Assembly (NCBI GenBank): GCA_015064185.1
Contig: SVSS01000004.1
Coordinates: forward strand, 7,347-71,346
DNA from: Oscillospiraceae bacterium
Lineage (GTDB): Bacteria; Bacillota; Clostridia; Oscillospirales; CAG-272
Direction: 5' to 3'
DNA length: 64,000 nt
Every line of letters starts with the position of its first letter. Position 1 is the stretch's first letter. Of the stretch, positions 1 to 9,378 are shown one piece after another. The translations under genes were made by a program, and so were the position numbers. The notes under the pieces were generated by a model. It saw only the letters and a list, made by a program, of their open reading frames with translations. It was not told the DNA's origin and made no database searches.

Positions 1-257
1 AGCTAAACGATCTTGCAAACAAAAACGACATTGCGCTTGGTATTACCAATATGGTGGGCGAGACCGTTGGTATGCTTGCGGTATTTGCGGCGCGCAATTA
101 TCATCTCAAGCGCGTGGTTTTAACGGGCAATCTAACCACACTTGCACCGATCAGACGCGTATTTGAGATCCTGGAGAAAACCTTTGACATTCAATTTATT
201 ATTCCACCAAATGCGCAATACGGCACCGTGATCGGTGCCGCGCTCGGTAAGATCTAA
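1..257 (+). CDS. C-terminal fragment of a type II pantothenate kinase-like (ASKHA-fold) protein; 5' end lies outside the window
   Basis: Frame is open from the window edge. The tail VVLTGNLTTLAPIRRVF..IPPNAQYGTVIGAALGKI resembles the C-terminal end of type II PanK/BadF-type ATPases. A terminator hairpin follows. Confidence 0.4.
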   Translation, partial: LNDLANKNDIALGITNMVGETVGMLAVFAARNYHLKRVVLTGNLTTLAPIRRVFEILEKTFDIQFIIPPNAQYGTVIGAALGKI

Positions 258-282
258 TATTTACGGTTCATAAAAGAAATTT

Positions 283-324
283 GCCCTCTCCGTTGCCTTA
301 AGCAGCGGAGAGGGCGTTCTTTTA
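283..324. terminator. Bidirectional intrinsic terminator between convergent genes
   Basis: 10-bp stem GCCCTCTCCG/CGGAGAGGGC (283-292 / 306-315) followed by GTTCTTTTA on the + strand and a T-rich tract on the - strand. Confidence 0.7.
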
Positions 325-342
325 TAAAAAACTTCTTTTATT

Positions 343-2664
343 TTACTTTTTTCTAAATCCGGATCTGACAGTCGATGTCAAGCCGACAACAGACACCAAA
401 ACAGTGTTTGCTTCACCTGCAGCGTATACACCTTTCGGATTGCTTACAGAGTAAGGATCGTAATTGGCTCCGGTCTCGGTAACAGACACAGTATAGTTAC
501 AAACATCACTCAAAATAACGTATTTAAGCGAGGGAACTTGATTACAGATCTTATAGATCATAGTTGAGCTTCTCGTAATACTACCCTTAAAGGAATCGTA
601 ATCTGTCGGGAACCACACAGAGTCAGGTTCAATCAATCTATACAGCGGCACGTCTGATCCTGTGCCGATGTGGTGCGCCGCCTGCACCATATCACTCTTC
701 AGATAGCTTCCGTACATATTGCGCAGATAATCGCAGGTTGCCTCCTGCGCGTCACCAAGCCAAATAAAGGAAGTGGACTCGGAGCCCGCAACAATGCTTC
801 CATCCGTGGTCTGGTGGATCGTCATGCGAATGACGGTTGAGGAATCGTTGTAGGTGTGTAGACGGTTGGGGAGAAGATCCTCGTGCGTGTACAGCACCTC
901 ACATTCAATGTTGGCAAGCCAGAATTTTTGACCGGTATGAACCTTGATATAGTCAAAGCCCTTTTCACCCTTGGAGTTGGTGACCTTTGCGGAATATTCC
1001 GCCATATGATCACGGAAGGTGGTATTCGCCTCCTTGTCAATGTAAGCGCCGTAATACCCTTCGTCAGATGCGAAATTGGCAATTACAGTATCAATTCTTA
1101 CAGAGCCGTTTGTAGAATATTGGTTGATAAAGCGCGAAATTACACCAACGTGATCACCATGTCCGTGCGTGATATACCATGCAGCGATACGAATGGGTTT
1201 TTGCCCGTTTGGAGCATAACCGTGATTCTTTGTGTAAAGATCCTTCAACACATTGTAGATGCGGCTTTGAATGGTGGTATCGGAAGCACCGCCGTCGATC
1301 ATAATAAAGGAGCCATCCGCCAAGGTAACAACGTATATCTGTCCTTTACCTGTTTCAACATAGTTTGCTTGAATGGCCGTGATAGAGGAGGCCGCAACAT
1401 TTTCAAAGCGCTGCAGCGTCAACATCTCCTCGGGAAGCAGCCCTGCTCTTTCGGTAGGACCAACGATTACTCGAATCGTCTTTTTTGCACCCGCGCTTGC
1501 GTGCGCAAAGGCATTGTATGCTACATACAGCATCATTCCCTTTTGCTCGTTAACATAAGTGCGGAAAATGCTAGACTCCGCCGAATGATCGGTATAAAGC
1601 ACGTAGCCTGCACCGGTAAGATCGTTGCAATAAGCCTGATATGCATCTTCGGTAACGCTATCACCGTGATAGTAATATTCGGTCAAGCCGCTATCTGCAT
1701 CGATCGTTCCCGAAAGAGTGAGACCTTGCGGCTTCGGAAAATCGGTTGTGATAAACGAGCTATCCACATTGGAATAAATACGTGAGAAGTCTGCAGGAAC
1801 GAAGAGCTTCTTTGCCTCGCCCTCCACATACACAGAATCCTTCAAAATATCACTTAAAAGATCAAGCGCCTTCAACATCATAGTGTCGTTATATGCAAAG
1901 GCAACGATCTTTCCGTTTTTGGCGCTAACACCGTAGTCGGCAACGTCCATAACGGAAGAAAAATCCTTAACCTCCGCACGGTCTACCATGCCCACAAGGA
2001 TCTCGACGGCATTGCCTGCGTTTTCGCTTTCGCTTTCGCTTTCGCTGCGCATAAACATGCCGTTGCCGCGCACGTCGGAATAATTACCGATGCCCGCTTT
2101 CATATCTTTGATCTGCTTAACGACCTTATCTGCCTCGTTTAAATAAGCAGAATAAACAAAGCCACTCTGATTGGTGATCTCAAGCATTTGCATATCCGAG
2201 ACTACATTTTTTTCAACCTTGAGAGAGGAGATCTTCCCATCGACTGAAAGATACGTATCAACAAAGTAATCAAGCGCTTGCGACGTCAAGAAATTGGTCG
2301 TACCAACAATTACAAGCTTTTTGCCAACAATAGAGATGGCATAGCCGTGACCGTTGATTTCTTCAAGCACCTTTTCGGTTTCGGGGCGATTGGTATTACC
2401 CACAAGGATCTCGTAATCTGCCTCATCAGCAAGCTCTTGATCAAAGGCAACTCTTTTGGACTCAAGACTGCCATCGATCTTTCCTTTCAAAAGATCAACA
2501 AAGGATTTTACCTCCTTTGCCGCGGCAGATGACATATCCTTACCGTATATCACAGTATATCCCTTTGAAAAGTCGATAGCCTTTTTTCCGCAGGAGCTGA
2601 ACAATACTGCAGTAGATGCGATCATGCACAAGCCAAGCAGCAGGCTTAAAATTCTTTTTTTCAT
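343..2664 (-). CDS. Lipoprotein with ComEC-type metallo-beta-lactamase domain (family paralog A, 773 aa)
   Basis: Signal peptide plus lipobox-like LFSSC. Two alpha/beta modules (ILVGNTNRPET..GHGYAISIVGKKLVIVGTT). MBL motifs DGSFIMIDGG, THGHGDH (1150-1167), WLGDAQ, AAHHIGTGS. RBS GGAGGT lies upstream of the ATG at 2664. Confidence 0.85.
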   Translation of the reverse strand: MKKRILSLLLGLCMIASTAVLFSSCGKKAIDFSKGYTVIYGKDMSSAAAKEVKSFVDLLKGKIDGSLESKRVAFDQELADEADYEILVGNTNRPETEKVLEEINGHGYAISIVGKKLVIVGTTNFLTSQALDYFVDTYLSVDGKISSLKVEKNVVSDMQMLEITNQSGFVYSAYLNEADKVVKQIKDMKAGIGNYSDVRGNGMFMRSESESESENAGNAVEILVGMVDRAEVKDFSSVMDVADYGVSAKNGKIVAFAYNDTMMLKALDLLSDILKDSVYVEGEAKKLFVPADFSRIYSNVDSSFITTDFPKPQGLTLSGTIDADSGLTEYYYHGDSVTEDAYQAYCNDLTGAGYVLYTDHSAESSIFRTYVNEQKGMMLYVAYNAFAHASAGAKKTIRVIVGPTERAGLLPEEMLTLQRFENVAASSITAIQANYVETGKGQIYVVTLADGSFIMIDGGASDTTIQSRIYNVLKDLYTKNHGYAPNGQKPIRIAAWYITHGHGDHVGVISRFINQYSTNGSVRIDTVIANFASDEGYYGAYIDKEANTTFRDHMAEYSAKVTNSKGEKGFDYIKVHTGQKFWLANIECEVLYTHEDLLPNRLHTYNDSSTVIRMTIHQTTDGSIVAGSESTSFIWLGDAQEATCDYLRNMYGSYLKSDMVQAAHHIGTGSDVPLYRLIEPDSVWFPTDYDSFKGSITRSSTMIYKICNQVPSLKYVILSDVCNYTVSVTETGANYDPYSVSNPKGVYAAGEANTVLVSVVGLTSTVRSGFRKK
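2023..2046 (-). repeat. In-frame hexanucleotide microsatellite, (TTCGCT)x4 on the + strand
   Basis: Four perfect tandem 6-nt units encode SESESESE inside lipoprotein A. Confidence 0.9.
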
Positions 2665-2691
2665 ATAAGTACCTCCTAATTTTTTATGAAA

Positions 2692-5010
2692 TTATGAACG
2701 ATTAAATTTTGTCTTCAGGAACCCCGTATCTATATTTCTTGATACGACACCAAGGCTTACGGATTCACTGTTTTCTCCAACGTTGATCACACTTTTGGGA
2801 TCAGCACCGTTTTTGGTGATCATAACGGTATAATTGCAAAAATCACTGACAACAACATACTGAAGCGATGATATATTGGTGCTGATTCGATACAATCCGC
2901 CGCCGTAAGAGCTTCTATCGGTAGGATACCACGCCCACGTAGGCGCGATCAACTCATAAAGTCTAAACTCCGAGCCGCCGCCGGTGTGGTGTGCCACCTG
3001 CACCATATCACTTTGCAGGTAACTGCCGTACATAGCGCGCATGAAGGCACAGGATGCAGTTTGCGCATCACCAAGCCAAATAACAGAGGTCTTTGAGCCC
3101 TCGGTGATATTGCCGTTTTCGGTATGATGGAGTGTCATACGGATCACGGTTGAGGAATCATTATACACATGAAGGCGCTTGGGATACAGATCCTCATGCG
3201 TATACAGCACCTCACATTCTACATTAGCAAGCCAAAATCTTTGACCTGTGTGCACCTTAATGTATGTAAGCCCGGGCTCATGCCCCGGTGCCTTGTCGTA
3301 CATCTTTGCAGAAAACGACGCAATATTATCTCGAACAAAGGTGTTTGCGCTCTTGTCAAGATAAACGTTGTAGTATCCCTCATCAGACGGGAAATTTGCG
3401 ATCAAGGTATCGATCGTTACGGGAGTGTTACTGTAATTGAAGCAATAGGTATTGATAAAATCCACCATTGCCCCATAATGGTCGCCGTGGCTGTGGGTCA
3501 CATACCATGCGGCAATACGAATGGGATCCTGCTCAGTGGGTCCATTGCCGTTATGTCCTCTTTTGTATAAATCAAGCAGTATTGCATAAATACGATTGCT
3601 GATGACCGTATCGGAACTACAACCATCGATCACAATAAAGGATCCATCCTCAAGAGTGACGATATACATCTCACCCTTGCCGGAAAATGCATAATTTGCT
3701 TTAACAGCCGTAATGGCGGATGCCTGTCGTTTCGTAAAGGATTCCATAGACAGCATTTCTTCACTCAGCAAGCCCGATTTTTCAAGGTCGCCTACGATAA
3801 TGCGAATAGCAGGCTTGTGAGCGGTGTTCTCTACCGTTGCTGATTGAAAGGCATTGTATGCGGCATACAGCATAATGTTGGCAGTTTTATTGACATAGGT
3901 GCGGAACACGCTGCCGGCAGCAGCATGCTCGGTATAGAGTGTGTAGCCTGCCCCCAAAAGATCCTTGCAATATGCCTCATAGGCAGCAAGGTTGACACCC
4001 GCACCCTCATAATAATACTGATACGACCTGCTGTCCACGTCGATCGTGCCCGAAAGAGCTAAGCCTTGGGGGCGCGGAAAATCGGTAATATAACTGTTTT
4101 TTCCGGTATCGGTATAAATACGGGTGAACTCCGCAGGAAAAAGGATCTGCTTTTTCCCTTCCTCTGACTCGCAAACCGAGTCCTTTAAAACATTTTTAAA
4201 AAGTGAAAACGCCTTTGCCATCATGGGGTCATTAAACGCGCAGATGACCAGCTTTCCGTTTTTCATACCTACTGCATAATCGGTAGAATCCATACCGGAA
4301 AGAATTGCTTTTGATTCTTCACGGTTTACAGTTCCCGCTAAAATTTCATGGCTTGCGGTCTTTGAATCTTTCAGCATCGCCATATCAACTGCGGAAATAT
4401 CACAAATAGAAGCAATGTACTTTTTTGCCTGTTCAATTCCCTCGTTAACGTAATCGCCCTCGCCCCTCAAATAAGAGGAATAAATGAAGCTCCATTCCTC
4501 AGTGAGCTCAAGCATTATCATTTCTTCTACCAAGATTTCTTCTACTCTCAGCTTGGAAACAGTATCCTGCCCCATAAGATAAGCTTCGCTGAAGCGGTCA
4601 AGGGCAAGAGAGGTAAGCAAATTTGTCGTACCCACGATCACGATCTTGTGCCCTACAGCAGAGATCGCATAGCCGTGACCCTTGATCCGATTTAACACCT
4701 CTTGCGTTTCGGGGCGGTTGGTATTACCTACAAGGATCTCATATTTTTTCTCGCCCACAAGCTCGCTATCACGCTTGACCGACTTCACCTCAATATCCTT
4801 ATCAGACTTTTTTTTCAAAGCGGCAGCAAAGGCTTGCACATCATCACAAGCAGCGTCAGACATATCAAATCCGTGCACCACAGTGTAATTTCTCGCAAAA
4901 TATATCGTATCCTTTTGGCAAGAGCTAAACAGCACCACAAAAGATGCAAGCAAGGAAAGACACAGTAACAGGCTTAACAGTTTTGATTTCAATAAAAACC
5001 TCCAAAACAT
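2692..5010 (-). CDS. Lipoprotein with ComEC-type metallo-beta-lactamase domain (family paralog B, 772 aa from the revised start)
   Basis: Collinear with paralog A. Signal MFWRFLLKSKLLSLLLCLSLLASFVVLFSSC. THSHGDH at 3478-3495. Start moved from 5124 to the ATG at 5010 because a promoter at 5044-5072 would place the transcription start downstream of the earlier ATGs. No strong RBS is visible. Confidence 0.75.
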   Translation of the reverse strand: MFWRFLLKSKLLSLLLCLSLLASFVVLFSSCQKDTIYFARNYTVVHGFDMSDAACDDVQAFAAALKKKSDKDIEVKSVKRDSELVGEKKYEILVGNTNRPETQEVLNRIKGHGYAISAVGHKIVIVGTTNLLTSLALDRFSEAYLMGQDTVSKLRVEEILVEEMIMLELTEEWSFIYSSYLRGEGDYVNEGIEQAKKYIASICDISAVDMAMLKDSKTASHEILAGTVNREESKAILSGMDSTDYAVGMKNGKLVICAFNDPMMAKAFSLFKNVLKDSVCESEEGKKQILFPAEFTRIYTDTGKNSYITDFPRPQGLALSGTIDVDSRSYQYYYEGAGVNLAAYEAYCKDLLGAGYTLYTEHAAAGSVFRTYVNKTANIMLYAAYNAFQSATVENTAHKPAIRIIVGDLEKSGLLSEEMLSMESFTKRQASAITAVKANYAFSGKGEMYIVTLEDGSFIVIDGCSSDTVISNRIYAILLDLYKRGHNGNGPTEQDPIRIAAWYVTHSHGDHYGAMVDFINTYCFNYSNTPVTIDTLIANFPSDEGYYNVYLDKSANTFVRDNIASFSAKMYDKAPGHEPGLTYIKVHTGQRFWLANVECEVLYTHEDLYPKRLHVYNDSSTVIRMTLHHTENGNITEGSKTSVIWLGDAQTASCAFMRAMYGSYLQSDMVQVAHHTGGGSEFRLYELIAPTWAWYPTDRSSYGGGLYRISTNISSLQYVVVSDFCNYTVMITKNGADPKSVINVGENSESVSLGVVSRNIDTGFLKTKFNRS

Positions 5011-5043
5011 ATCAGCAGTTAAAACAAAGTATGTTAGCATGTT

Positions 5044-5072
5044 ATTATACCATTTTATTTCTTTTTTTTCAA
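5044..5072 (-). promoter_or_regulatory. Sigma-A-type promoter for the lipoprotein B-A operon
   Basis: On the minus strand: TTGAAA (5067-5072), 17-nt spacer, TATAAT (5044-5049). Confidence 0.45.
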
Positions 5073-5203
5073 GCAAAAACAAACATTTTAACACGGAACA
5101 CTTAAAATTCATCGTTTTAAACAAAAAAATGTATTATTTTTGCACTTTATGCCCATTATGGATTTTATGCATGACTTATTTTATATTTTAGAAGAGAAAC
5201 TTC

Positions 5204-5232
5204 TTGACTAAATGTGCAAACAATGTTATAAT
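5204..5232 (+). promoter_or_regulatory. Sigma-A-type promoter of alaS
   Basis: TTGACT (5204-5209), 17-nt spacer, TATAAT (5227-5232), about 40 nt upstream of the alaS ATG. GAAAGG RBS at about 5255-5260. Confidence 0.55.
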
Positions 5233-5271
5233 GTTTTCAATATTTTCTTACTGTGAAAGGTCATTGTATTT

Positions 5272-7917
5272 ATGAAATGGACTTCTCTTAACGAACTGCG
5301 CGAAAAGTATCTTTCCTTCTTTGAAAGCAAAGGACATTTGCGCTTACCCTCCTATCCTCTCGTGCCCATCAACGACAAATCGTTGCTGCTCATCAATTCC
5401 GGCATGGCACCCATGAAAAAGTTTTTCACGGGTGAGGAGGAGCCCCCCCGCAACCGTGTCACGACCTGCCAAAAGTGTATCCGCACCCCTGACCTTGACC
5501 GTGTAGGTCATACGGCAAGACACGGCACATTCTTTGAAATGCTTGGCAACTTTTCGTTTGGCGATTACTTTAAGGAGCAAGCCATTTCATGGGCTTGGGA
5601 ATTTCTCACAAAGACCTTAGAGATCCCCGGTGAGCTGCTTTGGCCCTCCATTTACGAAAACGATGAGGAAGCGTTTGAGATCTGGAATAAAAAGATCGGC
5701 GTGCCCGCTGAGCAGATCACGCGTCTTGGCAAGGCTGACAACTTCTGGGAGCACGGCTCAGGTCCCTGCGGTCCCTGCTCCGAGATCTATTTTGACCGCG
5801 GCATCAAATACGGCTGCGGCTCCGAGAATTGCCGCCCCGGCTGCGATTGCGACCGTTACATGGAGATCTGGAACAACGTATTTTCTCAGTTCAACAATGA
5901 CGGAAACGGCAACTATACCGAATTGGCACAAAAGAACATTGATACAGGCATGGGTCTTGAACGCCTTGCGTGCGTTATGCAAGGTGTAGACAACATGTTT
6001 GAGGTCGACACCATCCGCAAGATCCTTGATACTGTTTGCAAGATTTCAAATAAGACCTACGGTGTTGATAAGGATAACGATATTTCGATCCGTGTTTGCA
6101 CCGACCATATCAAGAGCGCCATGTTTATGATCGCAGACGGCGTTATTCCCTCCAATGAAGGACGTGGATACGTACTGCGCCGCATCATTCGCCGCGCATG
6201 CCGCCACGGCAAGCTTTTGGGTATCGATCACGCCTTCCTGTGTGATCTTTGCCGCGTTGCCATTGGTGAAAACAAGGATGCATACCCCGAGCTTGAAGAA
6301 AAGCAAGCATATATTCTCAAGGTCATCTCCATGGAGGAGGAGCGCTTTGACGCAACCATTGACGCGGGTCTTTCCATCCTGAACGGATACATGGATACCG
6401 CCAAGAGCAGCGGCAAGACCGTGATTGCAGGCGAGGATGTGTTTAAGCTTTACGATACCTTTGGTTTTCCGCTTGATCTGACCAAAGAGATCCTTGCAGA
6501 AAACGGACTTTCTGCTGACGATGAAACCTTTACCAAGCTCATGAAGGAGCAGCGCGAGCGCGCACGTGCCGCACGCGGCAACATCAGCGGTTGGGATAAC
6601 GCTACTAAAAATCTGTTGTCCGATCTTCCCCAAACAAGCTTTTGCGGCTACGACAGCTTTTGCACCAAGGATGCCAAGGTCCTTGCCATCATTGTAGAGG
6701 GCGAAAACGGAACCGAAAGCGTGCAGGAGATCAGCGAGGGCGATTGCACTGTTGTGCTTGATAAGACCGTATTCTACGGCGAGGGCGGCGGTCAAACGGG
6801 TGACAGCGGAACAATTGCCTGCAAGGATGCCACCCTGCAGGTAAACGACACCAAGAAGACCGACGGCGTATATTTGCATCTTGCAACAGTAACGGGCGGT
6901 GTGCTTCGCGTTGGCGATGCTGTATCCGCATGCGTTGATAAGGAAAAGCGTCTTGCCACAGCACGCAACCACTCGGTAGCACATCTGCTGCAAGCGGCAC
7001 TGCGTGAGGTGCTGGGCAACCATGTTGAGCAGGCAGGCTCGCTTGTAGACCCTGAAAAATGCCGTTTTGACTTCACTCACTTTGCAGCGCTTACTGCCGA
7101 GGAGATCGCCAAGGTTGAAGCGCTTGTAAACGCATATATTTTTGCAGGCGCACAGATTTCGATGACCGAAATGCCGCTTGAGGATGCCCAAAAGCTTGGC
7201 GCTACTGCCCTGTTTGGCGAGAAATACGGCAAGATCGTTCGCGTGGTGCGCATGGGCGACTTCTCTATTGAATTCTGCGGTGGTACACACCTTGAGAACA
7301 CCGCGCGTATCGGCCTTTTCAAGATCACATCCGAGAGCTCGGTGGCTGCCGGCATTCGCCGCATTGAAGCAGTAACGGGCACGGGGGTCCTTTCCCTGCT
7401 TGCAGCGCGCGAAAAGCTGATTGCGGAAACTGCTGACGCACTAAAGGCTCAAAATGCACTTGACATTGCAAAGCGCGCACACGCCGTGCAGGACGAAATG
7501 CGCGAAATGCACCGCGAGCTGGATGCCCTGAACCAAAAGCTTGCCTCCTCGAAGCTTGACGAGGTTCTTGCAAGCTGTGTAGCAGTAGGCAGCTGCCGCT
7601 TGGCAACTGCACGCTTTGACGGCATGCAGCCCGATGTAGCGCGTAGCCTTGCGGATGACATCAAAGCAAATCACGACGATATCGTTGCCGTGCTTGCCAT
7701 CGCTGACGGCGCACGCATCAGCTTTATTGCCGTTGCAGGCAAGACAGCTGTGGCAAACGGTGCTCATGCAGGCAAATTGGTTGGCGCAGTTGCGGCCCTT
7801 ACAGGTGGCAAGGGCGGCGGTCGCCCCGACAATGCCATGGCAGGTGGCAAGGATGCTGCTAAGATCGATGATGCACTTGCCTGCGCAAAGGACATTTTGG
7901 CAAGTCAGCTTGGCTGA
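5272..7917 (+). CDS. alaS: Alanine--tRNA ligase
   Basis: 881 aa. The N-terminus MKWTSLNELREKYLSFFESKGHLRLPSYPLVP and the full-length architecture, including the C-terminal DHHA1-like GGGRPD region, are typical of AlaRS. Confidence 0.97.
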   Translation: MKWTSLNELREKYLSFFESKGHLRLPSYPLVPINDKSLLLINSGMAPMKKFFTGEEEPPRNRVTTCQKCIRTPDLDRVGHTARHGTFFEMLGNFSFGDYFKEQAISWAWEFLTKTLEIPGELLWPSIYENDEEAFEIWNKKIGVPAEQITRLGKADNFWEHGSGPCGPCSEIYFDRGIKYGCGSENCRPGCDCDRYMEIWNNVFSQFNNDGNGNYTELAQKNIDTGMGLERLACVMQGVDNMFEVDTIRKILDTVCKISNKTYGVDKDNDISIRVCTDHIKSAMFMIADGVIPSNEGRGYVLRRIIRRACRHGKLLGIDHAFLCDLCRVAIGENKDAYPELEEKQAYILKVISMEEERFDATIDAGLSILNGYMDTAKSSGKTVIAGEDVFKLYDTFGFPLDLTKEILAENGLSADDETFTKLMKEQRERARAARGNISGWDNATKNLLSDLPQTSFCGYDSFCTKDAKVLAIIVEGENGTESVQEISEGDCTVVLDKTVFYGEGGGQTGDSGTIACKDATLQVNDTKKTDGVYLHLATVTGGVLRVGDAVSACVDKEKRLATARNHSVAHLLQAALREVLGNHVEQAGSLVDPEKCRFDFTHFAALTAEEIAKVEALVNAYIFAGAQISMTEMPLEDAQKLGATALFGEKYGKIVRVVRMGDFSIEFCGGTHLENTARIGLFKITSESSVAAGIRRIEAVTGTGVLSLLAAREKLIAETADALKAQNALDIAKRAHAVQDEMREMHRELDALNQKLASSKLDEVLASCVAVGSCRLATARFDGMQPDVARSLADDIKANHDDIVAVLAIADGARISFIAVAGKTAVANGAHAGKLVGAVAALTGGKGGGRPDNAMAGGKDAAKIDDALACAKDILASQLG

Positions 7918-7931
7918 TCCAATGAAATAGC

Positions 7932-7970
7932 AAGAAAGAGCAGACACGAGATCGTGTCTGCTCTTTCTTT
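7932..7970. terminator. Bidirectional intrinsic terminator between alaS and ftsZ
   Basis: 17-bp perfect stem AAGAAAGAGCAGACACG/CGTGTCTGCTCTTTCTT (7932-7948 / 7953-7969) with A/T-rich flanks. Confidence 0.75.
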
Positions 7971-7989
7971 ACAAGCTTAAAATTTACTT

Positions 7990-9204
7990 TTAATAATCGC
8001 CTCTGTTGCGACGGCTGCGATTGCGGAAAATGCTCATGATATTGTCAAAATCATCCTCGGAGATAGAGGAATCCTCGCCCTCGGAATCGTATTTCGGTGC
8101 GTGAGAAGCAACAGGCTCAACCACAGGCACAGCAGGCTGTGCGGGGGCTGCGGGCTGTGCGGGAATGGCAGGCTGTGCAGATGCCACAGGTGCTTCAACC
8201 ACGGGTTCAGTTACCGCCTCGACAACAGGCGCTGCAACTGCCTGCTCCTGATTTTCAAAGCCGGTTGCGATAATGGTAATGCGCATTTCGTCGTCAAGCG
8301 CCTCATCGAAGGCAAGACCCCAAATGACATTTGCATCGGGATGCGCCTCGCGAGAGATCATAGAGGAAGCAAGATCCACCTCCTCAAGCCCCACATCGTG
8401 CGATGCGGTAATGCTGATCAAAATACCGCGTGCACCGTGAATGGAGGTTTCAAGAAGGGGGCTGGAGATTGCGGCACGTGCGGCAAGCTCTGCCTTATCC
8501 GAGCCGGTGGCTCCGCCAACACCCATATGTGCGTAGCCCGCATTTTTCATGACCGAGGTAACGTCAGCAAAATCAAGGTTGATAAAGCCGGGAACGTTGA
8601 TAAGCTCAGAAATGCTCTGTACACCGCGGCGAAGCACGTCATCGGCGATCTCAAACGCATTACCGAGAGTGATGCGTGTGTCGGATACCTGCTTAAGCTT
8701 TTCATTGGGAATTACAACCAAAGAATCTACATATTGACGCAGCTCCTTGATGCCCTGCTCTGCCTGCTCCATGCGGCGCTTGCCCTCAAAGCTGAAGGGC
8801 TTGGTTACGATACCGATGGTGAGAATGCCCATTTCGTGTGCAAGACGTGCAACGATGGGTGCGGCGCCCGTACCCGTGCCACCGCCCATGCCTGCTGTGA
8901 CAAACACCATGTCGGCACCTGCAAGCATTTTCTTGATCTCGTCAATAGATTCCTCAGCAGCGCGCGCACCCACCTCGGGGTTAGCGCCTGCACCAAAGCC
9001 CTTGGTGATCTTTTCGCCAATCACCATTTGCACGGGCGCCTCGGACTTGCGCAATGCCTGACGGTCGGTATTTACCGTAACGAATTCCACGCCGCGGATA
9101 TTCGCCGCAATCATGCGGTTTACGGCATTGTTGCCGCCGCCACCGACACCGATCACTCGGATCACAACACCGCTTTCGCAGTTGTTATCGCGTTCAAACG
9201 TCAT
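7990..9204 (-). CDS. ftsZ: Cell division protein FtsZ
   Basis: Contains VIGVGGGGNNAVNRM and GGGTGTGAAP tubulin-signature motifs and the C-terminal peptide DDFDNIMSIF. Start set at the ATG at 9204, which is preceded by GGAGGAT. Confidence 0.95.
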   Translation of the reverse strand: MTFERDNNCESGVVIRVIGVGGGGNNAVNRMIAANIRGVEFVTVNTDRQALRKSEAPVQMVIGEKITKGFGAGANPEVGARAAEESIDEIKKMLAGADMVFVTAGMGGGTGTGAAPIVARLAHEMGILTIGIVTKPFSFEGKRRMEQAEQGIKELRQYVDSLVVIPNEKLKQVSDTRITLGNAFEIADDVLRRGVQSISELINVPGFINLDFADVTSVMKNAGYAHMGVGGATGSDKAELAARAAISSPLLETSIHGARGILISITASHDVGLEEVDLASSMISREAHPDANVIWGLAFDEALDDEMRITIIATGFENQEQAVAAPVVEAVTEPVVEAPVASAQPAIPAQPAAPAQPAVPVVEPVASHAPKYDSEGEDSSISEDDFDNIMSIFRNRSRRNRGDY

Positions 9205-9274
9205 ATATGTATCCTCCATTATCTTGACCGCGTGTATTGCCACGCATTTTTTACGTCATGGTTATTTACTTTAT

Positions 9275-9303
9275 ATTTTAATATACTTTCACTGTTTTTG
9301 CAA
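9275..9303 (-). promoter_or_regulatory. Candidate sigma-A-type promoter of ftsZ
   Basis: On the minus strand: TTGCAA (9298-9303), 17-nt spacer, TAAAAT (9275-9280). Confidence 0.35.
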
Positions 9304-9352
9304 GATGTTTTTTTAATTATTTTTAAAAAACAAAAGACAAGCGTAGACAAAT

Positions 9353-9378
9353 AGCGGGGAAATTTACATTTCCCCGCT
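9353..9378 (-). terminator. Hairpin overlapping the murG stop codon (partial terminator or attenuator ahead of ftsZ)
   Basis: AGCGGGGAAAT/ATTTCCCCGCT inverted repeat at 9353-9378, followed on the minus strand by a T-rich stretch. Confidence 0.45.

Noticed and set aside
5011-5124. 38-codon N-terminal extension of lipoprotein B in the ORF track (also extensions of ftsZ, murF, rsmH, mraZ, kduD, SGNH 30485, giant genes C, D and E, and sigK)
   Set aside because: The extensions precede the recognisable N-termini, lack an RBS, and overlap upstream genes, promoters or terminators. Internal starts with good Shine-Dalgarno spacing were preferred.
5125-5271. Possible T-box leader upstream of alaS
   Set aside because: The promoter at 5204-5232 leaves a leader of only about 35 nt. 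There is no room for a specifier hairpin, T-box sequence or terminator/antiterminator.
6046-7290. 414-aa ORF antisense to alaS
   Set aside because: It lies entirely inside the confidently assigned alaS gene on the opposite strand, has low-complexity Ala/Cys/Gly-rich composition, and has no RBS. It is a shadow ORF typical of moderately GC-rich coding DNA.
8101-9354. 417-aa ORF antisense to ftsZ
   Set aside because: It mirrors the ftsZ frame and has Cys/Arg/His-rich nonsense composition. It is a shadow ORF.
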